From contig OZ237737.1 in assembly GCA_965178125.1 (NCBI GenBank), forward strand, positions 1,612,001 to 1,676,000: 64,000 bases of DNA, written 5' to 3'. The stretch comes from Bilabrum cf. latius (taxonomy: Eukaryota). Both the position numbers and the translations under genes were made by a program. Below, piece by piece: positions 49,557 to 61,231 of this stretch; within the stretch, counting starts at the first letter, position 1, and each line of letters opens with the position of its first letter. Below the pieces are notes generated by a model, which did no database searches, was not told the origin of the DNA, and was given only the letters and a program-made list of their open reading frames with translations.

Positions 49557-52500
49557 TCAGTCGTGCAGCGCCCCCTGCACCGCAGCCACCGTCTCCTCTG
49601 CCTCCAGCAGGGCATCCACGTACTGCCTCCCCGCCCCCTCCACGGTCTTGGGCTGGAAGGTGCACTCACCCTCGGCGGCCTCTCGGGCCTCCCGCTCCGT
49701 CCGGAGCCTCCGCGCATCCCTGCGCGCCGTCTCCTCGGCAGTGGTGAGCCGGGGCCCCTGGGGACGGGTGGGCGCCCACCCGTCCTCGCCCAGGACCGCA
49801 GCTCCTGCCGGCCGCTTCACCGCAAACGCCTCCTCCTCACGCCGCTGCCGCTCCCTCCTCTGCTCCTCTGCTCGCCGCCGCGCCTCCATGTGCCGCCCCA
49901 GGCCGCGCACCACCACGGGGCCCTTGGGCTGCGCCACCGGCCGCGGCTTGTCCGACCCCTGCCCCGGCTGAAAGGGGCACGCCTCGAGCTCCTTGTACTC
50001 CGCCTCCCTGCGCCGCTCCTCCACCCTCCTCGCCCGGTCCTCCTGCAGCCTGCGCACCCGGTCCGAGATGCCCTCGGGGTCCTCCCGCACGCGCAGCCGC
50101 CGCGAATCCGCCCCTGGCCCCGCCCTCCGCAGCACCCGGTCCGGGTTGCTCTCCAGCGTGGGCCTGAAGGTGCACTCCTCCCTCTCCCTCTCCTTGGCCT
50201 GCAGACGCAGGGCCTCTCGCCGCTGCCTCGCCTCGGCGTCCTCCGAGTGCTCCTCCACGGTGCGCGCCCTGCCGATGGCCCTAGAGACGCCGTCGATCTG
50301 CGGGCGGTGCTCGAACTGGCCGTAGTACTCCTCCTGCATGGCCTGCCGCGCCCGCACCACCCGCTCGGCCTCCTGCTTGGACATGCGCTCCGCCCTCTCC
50401 TCCGGAGTCTCCTTGTTCCCTCGGCCCGTGCGACGGAGCACGGCAGCCGCGTTCCCGATGTCTGGCTTGAAGGTGCACTGCCTGTCCTGCGCCCCCTCGG
50501 CCCTCCTCACCGCGGCCCTCCGCTCCCTCTCCCGCTCCATCACCTCCAGCCGGCCCTCGAAGCCCCTGCTGCCCAGCGTGGCGCTCTCCTCCACCATGCG
50601 CTTGCTACGGGCATCGATGCGCGGCTGAAACGAGTGCTGCTTGGCCTGCTGCAGGGCACGCTACTGCTGCCTCGCCCTGTGCCGTTGTTCCCTGCGCCTG
50701 GCTTCCTCCTGCAAGCGCTGCTCCACCGGCACCTGCTGCCCCCCGTCGGAGGCGCCCTGCCCCCGGATACCCCTGCCCCTGCCCCCCTCCTGGGTCGCTT
50801 CTTGCCTCTGCTCTGCCAGCGCGGCGCTCTTGCGGTTGATGGCCGGCTGGAAGCGCAGGTCCTTGTCCTGCACCAGCCGCTCCATGCGCATGCGGTGCAC
50901 GTTGGCCGCCCGCGCCCTCTGCAGGTCGTCGATCCGGTCCCTCAGGGGCACGTACTGCTCCATGTCCAGCACGGCCGTGCTCGTCGAGTGCAGGCGGGGC
51001 TTGAACGTGCAACCCTCCGTTTCGGCTGCGCGACGCTCGTCCAGCAGCCGCTGCCGGCGCCTTCTCCGCTGCTCGGCCTCTCCGTACAGCCGGCTGGCCG
51101 CCGCAGCCGCCGCCCTCTCCGGGTCCTCCCCTCGGCCTCGGCCTCGACCTACTCCTGTTCCCCGACTTCGCCCCATGGACCTCCTGGAGCTTCGCACCAC
51201 CGCGAGATCCCCGGCCATGCCCCCGCTCGGGGCCGTCCTTGCCCCCCTTGTTCCCCTGGCCCCGCGGGAGGGGGACTGCACGGAGGATGAGCGTCCCGCC
51301 CGGCTGTGCCTCTGCCCCTCTACACCTGCTCCCGCTCCCGCTCCTTCTCCCGCCCCAGACACGCCCCCTCCCCCCTTGATCCTCCGGAGCTCCTCCGCCT
51401 CTTTTTTGCGCCGCTGCGCCTCCCGCTGCGCCCACACGCCCCGCTTGTCGCCGTACAGCCTCGCCCTGGCCGCTCTCCGCTCCTCCTCCGTCACCTGCTG
51501 CTGCGGGGGCTGTTCCCCGCCATCGCCCGGGCCCTCTCCCCGCCTGGCCCTGGCCCTGGCCGTGCTCCCAGCACGCCCGGTCCTGGAGCTGGCTGCCTCA
51601 GATTTCGCCAGCACGGCACGCAGCGCGCCCCCGCCCGCCGGCCGCCTGCCCGTCCCCGCTCTTCCTGCCTGGACCGAGGCAGATCGCCCTTGCGACCCAG
51701 AATTGCGAGTTCGGAGCGTGCCTCCAGCCGCCGCGCGTTCTCCGTTGATTCCACCCTCCCCACGGCTTGGCAGCGCCGGGGGCTGCACCTCTCGGCTGCG
51801 AGCCGCGCTGGCAGAGCGGCCCGCCCTTGGGCTAGCCCGGTTGCTGCCGGCGATGCCGCTTCTGCCGACGGCCGCTGGGCTGTGCAGCCTTGGGCTGAAG
51901 GTGTGTTCCCTGCGAAACCTTTCCTCTGCCTCTGTCTTGATCTCCTGCTGGGTCTTGCGACGGAATCGACCAGGTGCCGGGTTGATTGGCAGCAGCTCCT
52001 CGTCCTCGTTTGCCCCCCCTCTTGGCACGTCGTCACCGCGCTCGCCGCTCTTGCTCTCCTGCTCCCGTCCCAGGCCCATGCCCCAACCCTTACCACGATC
52101 GCTGCCCTGCCCCTGCCCCTGGCCCTGCCCCTGGCCCTGCCCCTGGCCCTGGCCGTGCCGCATACTCCCCGGACTCCTGCCCACCTGCCAGCGGTCCCCA
52201 GCACCACCCCTCCCCCCCCCTCGGGGACCCGCACCCCCCGTGTCACCCATCCCGCCCCCTGCCCCGTAGGAGGCTCTCGGGGGAGATACCTCCTGGGCCC
52301 GCCACGGCATGGTGCCAGAGGGGCCCAGGGAACCGTCCATCGCGCCAGGCCCGCGACTCCCCCCGGGCAGGTCCCTGTCGCCCGACTCCTCCCTCGCAGC
52401 TGCCTGCCGCTCCCGCAGGATGCGGCGCATGGTGGCTGCGCGCTGGGCGCGGGCGGCGTCCGATTCTGAAGGAGAGCTCGAGCCGGTACCGCCGCTGGTG

Positions 52501-53779
52501 GCCGGGGATGCTGCTGCCGGTGCCTGCCGCTGCGGCACCGGCGCGCTGTCTGCTGCCTGACCTGCACGTGTCGTGGGGGCAGCATTGCTCTGTTCAGCCC
52601 GCTGCTTCCTCTCCGCTAAGAGCCGGTCTACAAGGGCGTCCCGCTCCACGCGGCTCATGCCCAGCCGGCTCGCGGCGCTGCCTGCCAGGCCCACGCTGCT
52701 GCTGGCCCCCTCTGCTAGCCTGCCTGCCGGTGACGATCCGGTCGTTGAGACGGCAGCAGCCCGCGATTGAGATGCACTGCCATCATGGTCTGCCCCACCC
52801 GCCGTGCGTGCAGCACCGGAATCGCCCCGGGCTTGCACCAGGCCATCCGCGGCTGACAGCGCAGCGCCCAGGGCTGCATCGGCTGCCTCTGCGGATGCAG
52901 CCCGCCTTCCAGCCTCGTCCGACCTCGGTTCGACACCACCAGCTTCAAAGTCCCTGCGGCCAGCGCCCTGCACCAGCGAGGCAGGCCCCGAGCCACGCGT
53001 CGCCCCGTCGCCGTCCTCGCCCGGCAGGGAGCCCGTTGCTCTGGCGCTGGCGGGCTCGAAGGCTGGGGCGGAGGAGCGCCCGCCGGTGCGACTCAATGCA
53101 TCGCTACCTTGCAGTGGATGGCTGGCATCCGACGCCCCACTCGCGCTGTCGAGCCCGCTGCGATCGGCGGCGCCCTGGGTGTCTCCATCGTCGGCTGCCA
53201 TAGCGCTGAGCTCAGCAGCAGATGCCGACCCCTTTCCAGCAGACGACTCAAGGAGATGCCGAGAACCTGGCATACCTCCGATTGTGGCTCCTTGCAATGC
53301 TCCAGGAGCCGCAGTTTGCAGTCTTTTTTCGCGGTCTGTCGCGAATCCGCGAGCCTGTGCGCGCTCGGACGCCAGCTGGGCCAAAATCTCCTTCCTTCGC
53401 TCTTCCTGCGATAGTGTTAATAATTCGTGTATGATCTTGAGTGCACATGCATGCTTTTCTGATCTGTCTAACTCGGTATTCTCCGACCGAAATGCTACAA
53501 TTTGCACCGTGCATGGTTGGTCTTACTGAGATCACTGGTCTTGAGGGACGGCCGGTTCCTCCAGTCGGTGTTGGGATTTGCACCACATCTTCTGCTAAAC
53601 AAAGAAAACTTGCACCGAAAAGGGAACTTATTGGCATTGTCTGTGGCCTGACTCCGCAGACTCGAATCACCGGCCATCTTACCCTCTTTTGGGTCAGTGC
53701 TTCGATGTTTACGAGCCAAAACAGATGTTGCTCGTTGTATTTCGCGTTCTACTAGCTCGAGGGTGTTGTCGGGTTCCAT
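49557..53779 (-). CDS. Charged coiled-coil protein with ~9 (C/H)TFxPxI-type repeats, ~1,336 aa; exons 53779-53683, 53591-53527, 53405-49557
   Basis: Repeats HTFSPRL, CTFKPRL, LRFQPAI, HSFQPRI, CTFKPDI, CTFRPTL, CPFQP, CTFQPKT. One TAG at 50661 in a Gln-rich context (RARQQ*RALQQAKQ). Two GTAAGA...GCAG introns (91 and 121 nt) restore an ATG; stop TGA. Confidence 0.78.
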
Positions 53780-53895
53780 TTCAGAAACTAATCGCGCAAT
53801 GTTCGATTTTGCCAACGGTAGGGAAGTTGCGAGTAGTTACAAGCCGCTCAGTACGATATTAATTGCCTCGGCGATTGAGCCACAGCCACTGCAGC

Positions 53896-56019
53896 ATGCC
53901 ACGGACTCTTCTCGGAGGCATGAAACGTGGCAGGGCGACTTTTGATCCTACTAAAGGCAGTGGGATGCGGCCGAGTTATGAGAAGCTGCCACAGAAGCGC
54001 TCCAGACAACCAGCATTCTCCATGGCGTCTCACGCTCTGAGGATCGCCAAGGTCCTCCAGCATAAGCTTGGAAGCACTCATGCGATCATGAACGGAGTAG
54101 CAGACCACGTGGAATTGAAAAGGGTCGCCAAGATTGGTGTACCAGCGCTTAGTTCTGGCGGTACACCAGTTGCTAGTGCAGCATCGCCGGCTGTGCGGGC
54201 GGTAGAACCGCACCCGAAAATGGTGGGCAGCCAGGGCGCGTTCGACCTTGTGCACGAGTTTCTGTCTGAAGTTATTTGTGGCGGCGCATCAGACTCTCTT
54301 CTGCTCGTCGGGCCTCGAGGCAGCGGCAAGACGGCCGTCCTAGAGTGCGCGCTCCGAGCAGTTGCCGACGAGGCGAGCAGACGTGGATCCAGCGCCCAGC
54401 AGCCCGCGGCAGCTGGGTCGGAAGGACCCCTGCAGGTCGTTCGTCTGCACGGAAGCACAGTCGGCGACGATGCGTCCGCAGTGCGGGAGATTTCTCGCCA
54501 GCTGGCCCTGGACCAGGAGGTAGAGGCCGCCGGGCTGCAGGCCCAGGCCCATTCCGAGGGCTCCTCGGGGGAGCGTGGATCCGCCACTGGGGCAGCCTCA
54601 CGGGGACCGGGAGCAGCTCGGCGGCAGCTGTACGAGCAGTACGTCGAGTTCGTGGTGGGGGCTCTGCGGGACGGGAGGCGCGGGGGGCGGCCGGTGCTGC
54701 TGGTGATCGACGAGTTCGACGTGTTCGCGAGGGGCTCGAGGCAGACGCTGCTGTACACGCTGCTGGACCTGACGCAGTCGCACTCGGCTCAGTTCGGGAT
54801 CATCGGCGTATCGGCTCGGCTGGACGTGGTGGAGCTGCTGGAGAAGCGGCTGCGGTCCCGGTTCTCCCACCGGCGCGTGTTCCTCGGCCCCCCTGGATCG
54901 GAGGAGGAGTGCCTGCAGCTGGCAGCGCAGGGGCTGGGCTTGCATGTGCTGGAGGAGGATGGGTCCACGTCACAGGGCGAGGAGGAGGGCGAGGAGGAGG
55001 GTCGAAGCAAGCGCAGGCGCGCTGGGGCGGCCGGCCCTGGCCCAACCTGCGTTGCGGGGGTGGACTGGCCTGCGTTTGCCAGCCGCCACAACACGCAAGT
55101 GGCTCAGGCGCTGGGGAACAGATAGGTGCAGGATTTCCTGCGGCGCTGCTACCGGCTGGGCAGATCGAGGGGCTGGATATGGAGGTGGCTGCGGGTGGCA
55201 GTGGCGGAGGGGGCGAGGGCTTGCCGGGAGGAGGAGAGGAGGAGGGGGCGGGGACAAGGACAAGGGCGAGGGGGGAGTGGGGGGGACAGCGGGGCCTCGG
55301 CATTACAGAGGGCAACTAGCAGCAGCAAGGCTAGCAGTAGCAGCAGCAGTAGCAGTAGCAGTAGTAGCAGTAGCAGTAGCAGTAGCAGTAGCAGCAGCAG
55401 CAGCAGCAATAGTCCTGCTGATCAAGCCGGCAGTGATGACCAAGCCCTTGTGACGAGTGCGGTCCTTCTCCGAGCCGCGGAGCAGTGCTGCCAGGACCCG
55501 CGACTGCTGCTGGCCAGCTCGGCACCCATGGGATCCGCCATGCTGCTGCTGGCCATGGCACGGGTGGAGGACTCGCTGGAGGCCGGGGCCACGTACACGC
55601 TGGCTCGCGCGCATCACGAGTACCTCGCGTTCGCGGGGCGGGAGGGGGCCAGCTCGCGGCCCATCGGCATGTCCCTGGCCGTGCGCGAGCTCGCGCGGCT
55701 GCTGGAGCAGGGTCTCATTGAGACGGTGGGTGCAGCGGCGCACGTGGCTGCCACCGGTGTGGTCCCCCTCGAGGGGGGTGGGGCGGGCGTGGCGGGGACT
55801 GGCAAGGGGGGTGCAGGCAAGGGCAAGGGCAAGGGCAAGGCGGGGGCTGGCGCGGGGAGGACCAGGATGATGGGTGCTTCGGATGCGGCGGCCGTGCCTC
55901 TGGAGCTGCAGCCGCTTCGGCTGGCCGTGGAGCCAGTGGCCCTCCGCGCTTTGGTGAGGGACGGGCGGCTGCCGCTGCCCTCGGATGCGAAGAACTGGGC
56001 TCTCGGTGGGGGATACTGA
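53896..56019 (+). CDS. ORC4: Origin recognition complex subunit 4 (AAA+), ~707 aa
   Basis: Walker A SLLLVGPRGSGKT, Walker B VLLVIDEFDVFA, then RQTLLYTLLD and RLDVVELLEKRLRSRFSHRRVF. One TAG at 55123; stop TGA. Start 53896 or 53920. Confidence 0.9.
55318..55407 (+). repeat. (AGC/AGT)n coding microsatellite, poly-Ser inside ORC4
   Basis: Directly visible; about 28 Ser codons in the ORC4 frame. Confidence 0.9.
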
Positions 56020-56425
56020 TTAGATAAATCCGGTTCCGAACGACGCCGGGTCTCCGTTTCAGGCGCGAGTAGCTTTGAGGCTCGAATACCAGCGTGTTTA
56101 ATTTCGTGTGATGCGTAGTGAATCTCGGAAGCCATAACCGCCTTGGATCGCTTGAGGACCAAATCATTGCTGGGCGCAAATCACGCACAAACTCGCCGGG
56201 CAAAGCGCATCGCAGCAGTCGCCCCAACCCGCCCGTGAATCGTCCCTCGGGACCCCCGGCAGCCGAGAAAACAGCCGGGACCGGGGCCGAGACGAGCGTC
56301 ATGGAGCGGGAAGGGACCGTGAGACAGCTGGGTGGGCGCATTGGCCACATGCTCGTTTGCTTGCTAGCAGTACGTCAGCACCAACATGCAGATACTGCCC
56401 GCAGGAGGGCACTCCCAGCCCCCGC

Positions 56426-57421
56426 TCAATTCCTGAAGTGGATGATCTGGTGCGAGGGCGAGAGCACCTCGGTGTGTTCCTGGCACTGGAGCTTCTCGGC
56501 GGGCTGCGGGTTGACCTGCCACTTGGGCTGCACGGACTGCCCCTGTCCCTCCAGGATCATCTTGGTGAACTCGCAGGGCTTCTCGGGGTACGTGGAGCAC
56601 CCGTTGCACCCGTAGCACTCGAGGGTCGTGTAGGCCCACGGCTGCTTGGCCAGCCGGGGGTTGGCCGCCTGCTGGGTGGTGGTGGCTCCCGTCTGCCGAG
56701 AGGTGGACACAACGGCCCAGCTCTCGGGCCCTGTCCGGGTCATGTTCCCGAAGATGACGTCCCCGGGCTGCGCCCCGATGGGCTCAGAGGCGAGGGCTCC
56801 CGCCTTGAGCGTGACGTACCACGACCGCACGGCCCAGCCGGACTGGCCGAACCCGGATGGGTACTGCAGCACTGGCTGAATGATATCGAAATCAGCCTAT
56901 GGCTCAGGATCGACCTTTGGGATCCAGTCGACGTTCTGGAGGCCGGTGAACAGGTAAAGAACCTGAGGATCGGCAGAGGGCGCGTCCGGCACGCTGAAGT
57001 AGCCTGTGAAAATGTCGAACGTATCGGGGCTCTCCGTCTTATACGCAGTGTACTGCTCCCAGCCATCATAATCCTGCGAAAAAATCCAATCATACAAAGG
57101 AGCTACACATGGGAGGGCAGCAGCAATGTGATGACGCACTGGAACTGATCATCGAAATCTGTGGCTCACTGCCGGCAGCCCGCCAAGCATTGGGATCCCG
57201 CCGAGGGATGGCGCGCAATGCGGGTACTCGAATTGGGTGCCATTAGGGAAGGTCAAACGGATGGTAGACTCCAGCTCTTCCACGTTCGTTCCGCTTGGGA
57301 TCTCGCGAACGCAATCTTTGCGAACGAGGCCGACCCGAGGGACAGGCACGTGAGTCTCTGCGAACCGGGAAGCAGCTGCCAATGCACCGAGTGCGGCAAC
57401 AATAGAGGTAAACGTGCGCAT
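56426..57421 (-). CDS. Secreted beta-rich hypothetical protein (~299 aa); exons 57421-57170, 57073-56426
   Basis: Signal-like MRTFTSIVAALGALAAAS. One 96-nt phase-0 GTGAG...CGCAG intron. Conserved-looking FSVPDAP...LYLFTGLQN...*ADFDIIQPVLQY...W...SWY. TAG at 56897; stop TGA. Confidence 0.8.
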
Positions 57422-57570
57422 GCTGCGATGGATTGTGGTGTAGTGCGCAGAGCAGCGCGCGGCAGTGCAAATATTGGATTCGGATCCTCCCGGCGGGCAG
57501 TCCGACTCTTTCGTAGGTTCACAAGCGTCGCTTTTCACAAGGCTCGATAGCAATCAAGCGAATTCTTGCC

Positions 57571-59067
57571 ATGATGATTCTTCTCAATGTGGCAGCACTG
57601 GCGGCTGCTGGCTTGCTTACAAGCGCCAAGGCTGCGTTCGATCCGCCGATCCCGAGCAAGCAGCAGTTAAAGTGGATGGATTGGGAAGTAGGAGCCATGA
57701 TAACCTACTCGATGCAAACGTACAGTCACAGTATGAAGCAGGGCGACGTCGTCCCTGCAACTCGGTTCACGCCCGTGCAGACGGCCTTCACAGATACTTG
57801 GGTCGATGCCGCACGTTCGTTCGGGGCCAAGTACGCGGTTGCAGTGTTTGACCATTTCAGTGGCTTCGTCGGGTGGCCCACCAATGTTTCTGGGTACGAG
57901 TACGGCGTTCGACAGGCGACAGGCTGGCGCGGCGGGAATGGGGATTACGTTGCAGACTTCATTTAGAGTTGCCAGGCGGGGGGAATCGCTCCCGGAGCGT
58001 ACTACAGCCTCCACAACAACTGGTACATGGACGTGGAGAGTTTCCACACCAAAGATCCTTCCAAGCAGCAGGCCTACAACGCGATCGTGATGCAGCATGT
58101 CCGGGAGCTCTTCGACCCGGCTGGCCCGTACGGCGCGCATTGGGAGGAGGTCTGGTTCGACGCGGGCATCGGGGCCACAGAGTACAACGACACTGCGCCG
58201 GTGGGGCCGCTGGTGGACCAGCTGCAGCCGGATTCCATCCTGCACTCGACCTCGCCCTACGCCTCCCGCAACGGCGTGCGCTGGGTGGGAAACGAGAACG
58301 CGATCACCCCGCTGCCCAACTGGCTCTCGGTGCAGGACGCGGCGCAGTGCGGGCAGTCCACGCTGGGCGTCCCGCAGGGCACAGTGTTCTGCCCTCCGTC
58401 CTGCGACACCGTGCTGCGGGAGCACTACTGGTTCTGGAAGAACGGCACCGCGGGTACCATCAAGTCCACGCGGGAGCTCGTGGGCGAGTACGTCTCATCG
58501 GTGGGCAGGGGCTGCACTCTCATCATGAACATCAACCCGGACCCCACGGGGACGGTGCCCGCCGCTGACGTGCAGGCATACGAGGCCTTTGGACGGGCCG
58601 TGCAGCTGCTCTTCGGCCCCCAGTCCCGTGTGCAGCAGTGGGACAGCCCAGCCCTCTCCCCGCAGCCATGGGCGGGCGGGCTGCTCGGCGTGGAGCTGGC
58701 CGTGCAGGGTGGGGGAAGCGGTGCGCTCACCAACGCGTCCATCGTGCTGCAGGAGGACCTTGGAATGTTCGGGCAGCGCGTGGCTGAGGTGAATGTCAGC
58801 GTGCTGGTCTAGCAGCACAAGCAGCAGCAGCGCCAGCACGAGGCTGCTGCAGGGCACACGGAGGGCCAGCAGTGGTAGAGCTGGTCGCAGACGAGCACCA
58901 TCGCGCACAAGCGGATCCTGCTCATGCCGCAGGCTATGGGTGGGGCCGACGTGCAGGCCATTCGCGTGTCGATCAAGCCCGTCGAGGGTACCGCGGCGCC
59001 CGGTGCGCTGCGGAGCGTCTCGCTACAGAACCACAGCGGCGAGGATGCCCTGCGTGTGCTGCCGTGA
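57571..59067 (+). CDS. Secreted alpha-L-fucosidase (glycoside hydrolase family 29), 498 aa
   Basis: Signal peptide, then PSKQQLKWMDWE, DHFSGFVGWPT, GDYVADFI*SC, nucleophile motif EVWFDAG, VRWVGNE, CDTVLREHYWFW, SVGRGCTLIMNINPDPTG, and the C-terminal beta domain QEDL..FGQRV...W*SWSQTSTIAHKRIL. TAGs at 57964, 58810, 58876; stop TGA 59065-59067. Confidence 0.9.
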
Positions 59068-59225
59068 GGACAGGGACCATTGCGGCGAGGATGCCCTGCG
59101 TGTGCTGCCGTGAGGACAGGGACCATTGCGGCGAGGATGCCCTGCGTGTGCTGCCGTGAGGACAGGGACCATTGCGGCGAGGATGCCCTGCGTGTGCTGC
59201 CGTGAGCATCCTGTGGACAGGGACC
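59036..59225 (+). repeat. 46-bp tandem repeat, 3 perfect copies plus a 4th with a short insertion, spanning the fucosidase stop codon
   Basis: Unit gcggcgaggatgccctgcgtgtgctgccgtgaggacagggaccatt starts at 59036, 59082, 59128 and 59174. Confidence 0.95.
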
Positions 59226-59363
59226 GACCAACATGGTGGCTAGCAAGGCTGGTCTCGTTTGCTTATTGAATGAATGCTTGTTCAGTGTAGCTAGTTCCAT
59301 CTTTTCGTCGCGCAGGTCATCCAAAGCCTGCTTCCTCTGTGCAAGTGGGTCACTGTATCCCGC

Positions 59364-60630
59364 TCATGTCCTGCCGTCTGAAGACTCGTCTTGGCTACTG
59401 CCCGCCGCATGACCCCCGCCGGCAGTGGGCTTGCTCCCCTGCCCTGCGTAGTCCTCCGGGGCCCCTTCCCTCCTCCCGATGGCGTCGTGTCTCATCTTCT
59501 TCCTCTGCGCCCGCACCTGGATCTTGAGCATCTCGAAGGCCAGCATGCTCACCCCGAACAGTGCCCCCACAACGACCATGCGGGGCACCAGCCCGGCCCA
59601 CAGAGCCATGAAGCCCTCTGCCTTGGTCACCTTCTTAAAGCAGTCCACCAGGCCGTCGTACTTGGCCGCCTGCTTGCCCTGCACCCTCGTCTTGATCACG
59701 TCCATGGGTGTCACCAGCCCGCTGCCCAGCGAGCCCGCCACCGCGCCCGCCGTGAAGGTGGCCAGCACCTGCTGCGTGTTTGACAGCTCCGTCTGCCCCG
59801 CTGGCAGCTGCGCCTTGAACCTCTCCTGGATGGCCGCCGCCGTCATGGCGTACCCGGGGAACATGATGACGGAGAACGGTATGTCACGCAGCAGGGTGAT
59901 GTGCACCCCGCGGTACAGCCCCGTGAGCCCCAGCTCCGACACAGCCTCTATGGTGGTGCCTGTGGCCGACTCCTGCATGTGAATCTTCGATACTTCCATA
60001 GGATTCGTCGCAATGCACTGCGCGAGCCCAGCACTCGCCCCCGCCAGCACCTGCTGCAGCACAGAGAGCTGCGACCCGTGCCCGGCCCGCTGGTTGCTGG
60101 CCGTCATCCAGTCCCTCATGATGTCGTTGACGCCGAGCTTGATGGCCTTCTCGGGGGTGACACCGATCAGGTTGGGGAACAGGCCCCGGTAGAACGCAGC
60201 GGCCCTGCCCTCGCTGTAGACCAGCCGGGCCACCTGCATGGGACCCATGCCTGCAGGGGGCGGAGGCGAGGCGAGGCGAGGGGAGTTGGGGGGAGAGGTG
60301 AATGGAGGGGGGGGGGGGTTCGGTGGGGTGCCAGTGGGGCGGGGAGGAGCGGTTTCGGAGTGGGAGGGGGATGTAACAGGCAGGCACTTGTCAGTGGAAC
60401 AGAGAGCCGAACGGCAGCCGCTCGCCCCCACGTATTGCTCGCCGCTCACCGGTGCCCATCATCCTCGTCTTGATCGTGTCCATCGGGAAAATCACGCTTG
60501 TGCCTATCACACCCGCGAGCCCCCCTACCACGATCTTGTACTGCCAAGCCACTGGTTCATCCCGAAGCTCCGACTTCTAACTCCCTGCCTCCGGGGCATC
60601 TTTCACTAGTGGCGCCGCTGGCTACACCAT
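59364..60630 (-). CDS. Mitochondrial carrier (SLC25; glutamate or aspartate/glutamate carrier-like), ~355 aa; exons 60630-60450, 60250-59364
   Basis: Three carrier signatures (FPMDTIKTR, NPMEVSKIH, TPMDVIKTR) plus YRGLFPNLIGVTPEKAIKL and LLRDIPFS. One 199-nt GTGAG...GCAG intron. TAGs at codons 3 and 18 (60622, 60577); stop TGA. Confidence 0.9.
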
Positions 60631-61231
60631 AACGTGCAAAGAGTCGCGTGAAGTGCCACCGCACGCCAAATTGCAGCTGCAAGAGACTTATCCGATCTAC
60701 GAGCAGCGGGCGAAAGAACTACACATACCAATACATTAGCATCGCTCAGTTGGTAGGGATGAAAATCACTGCCAGTGGGCAAACATTTCGGCCGCACCAC
60801 CTCAAGAAGGGCGCGTATAACGCAGATGTCTGGAGGGAATTCAGGCCACCTTTTCGCCCGAAAATGATGTAAAAACAACGTAATCATGCATACATTGGGG
60901 GTGGGAGGACATCAACCTGAGAAGGCACCATATACAGCGCAAGCGGTTGTGGCCCAAGTCATCAGGCGCTTGAATGCACAAGAAATAAGCTTAACTGAGA
61001 GGAATCAGTAAGGCCGAGGCTACCTTACCAAAGTATACGGATAAAAGCAGGCGAAAATTCGAATAAAACTGGAAAATGCACCCGAAATTGCCCACAGATC
61101 ACTCCCCGCGAGTTCACTTCGGCACATGCAGCGCATTGTAGCGCACGCACTCATCCGTTCGGCATCGTCATTCAATCCTGTGCACCACCCCAAATCAGCG
61201 GATCAGCACCCGCGTCACTAAGCATACCACA

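Noticed and set aside
49407-53203. Long antisense/alternate-frame ORFs (e.g. 49407..51290, 50641..52269, also 16119..17807, 24070..25545, 44696..46063)
   Set aside because: Expected shadows of GC-rich coding sequence; no recognisable motifs, and each overlaps a better-supported gene.
55316-55407. CAG/TAG mixed run as a poly-Gln tract supporting the recoding
   Set aside because: In the ORC4 frame it reads AGC/AGT (poly-Ser); the CAG/TAG reading is out of frame, so it is not evidence.
59036-59225. 46-bp repeats as a CRISPR array
   Set aside because: Units are head-to-tail with no unique spacers, there are no cas genes, and the context is eukaryotic.
60251-60449. G-rich tract (G12 run, GGGGA repeats) as a regulatory G-quadruplex or coding Pro-rich segment
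   Set aside because: It lies inside the inferred carrier intron, where it is C-rich on the sense strand; there is no evidence of function.
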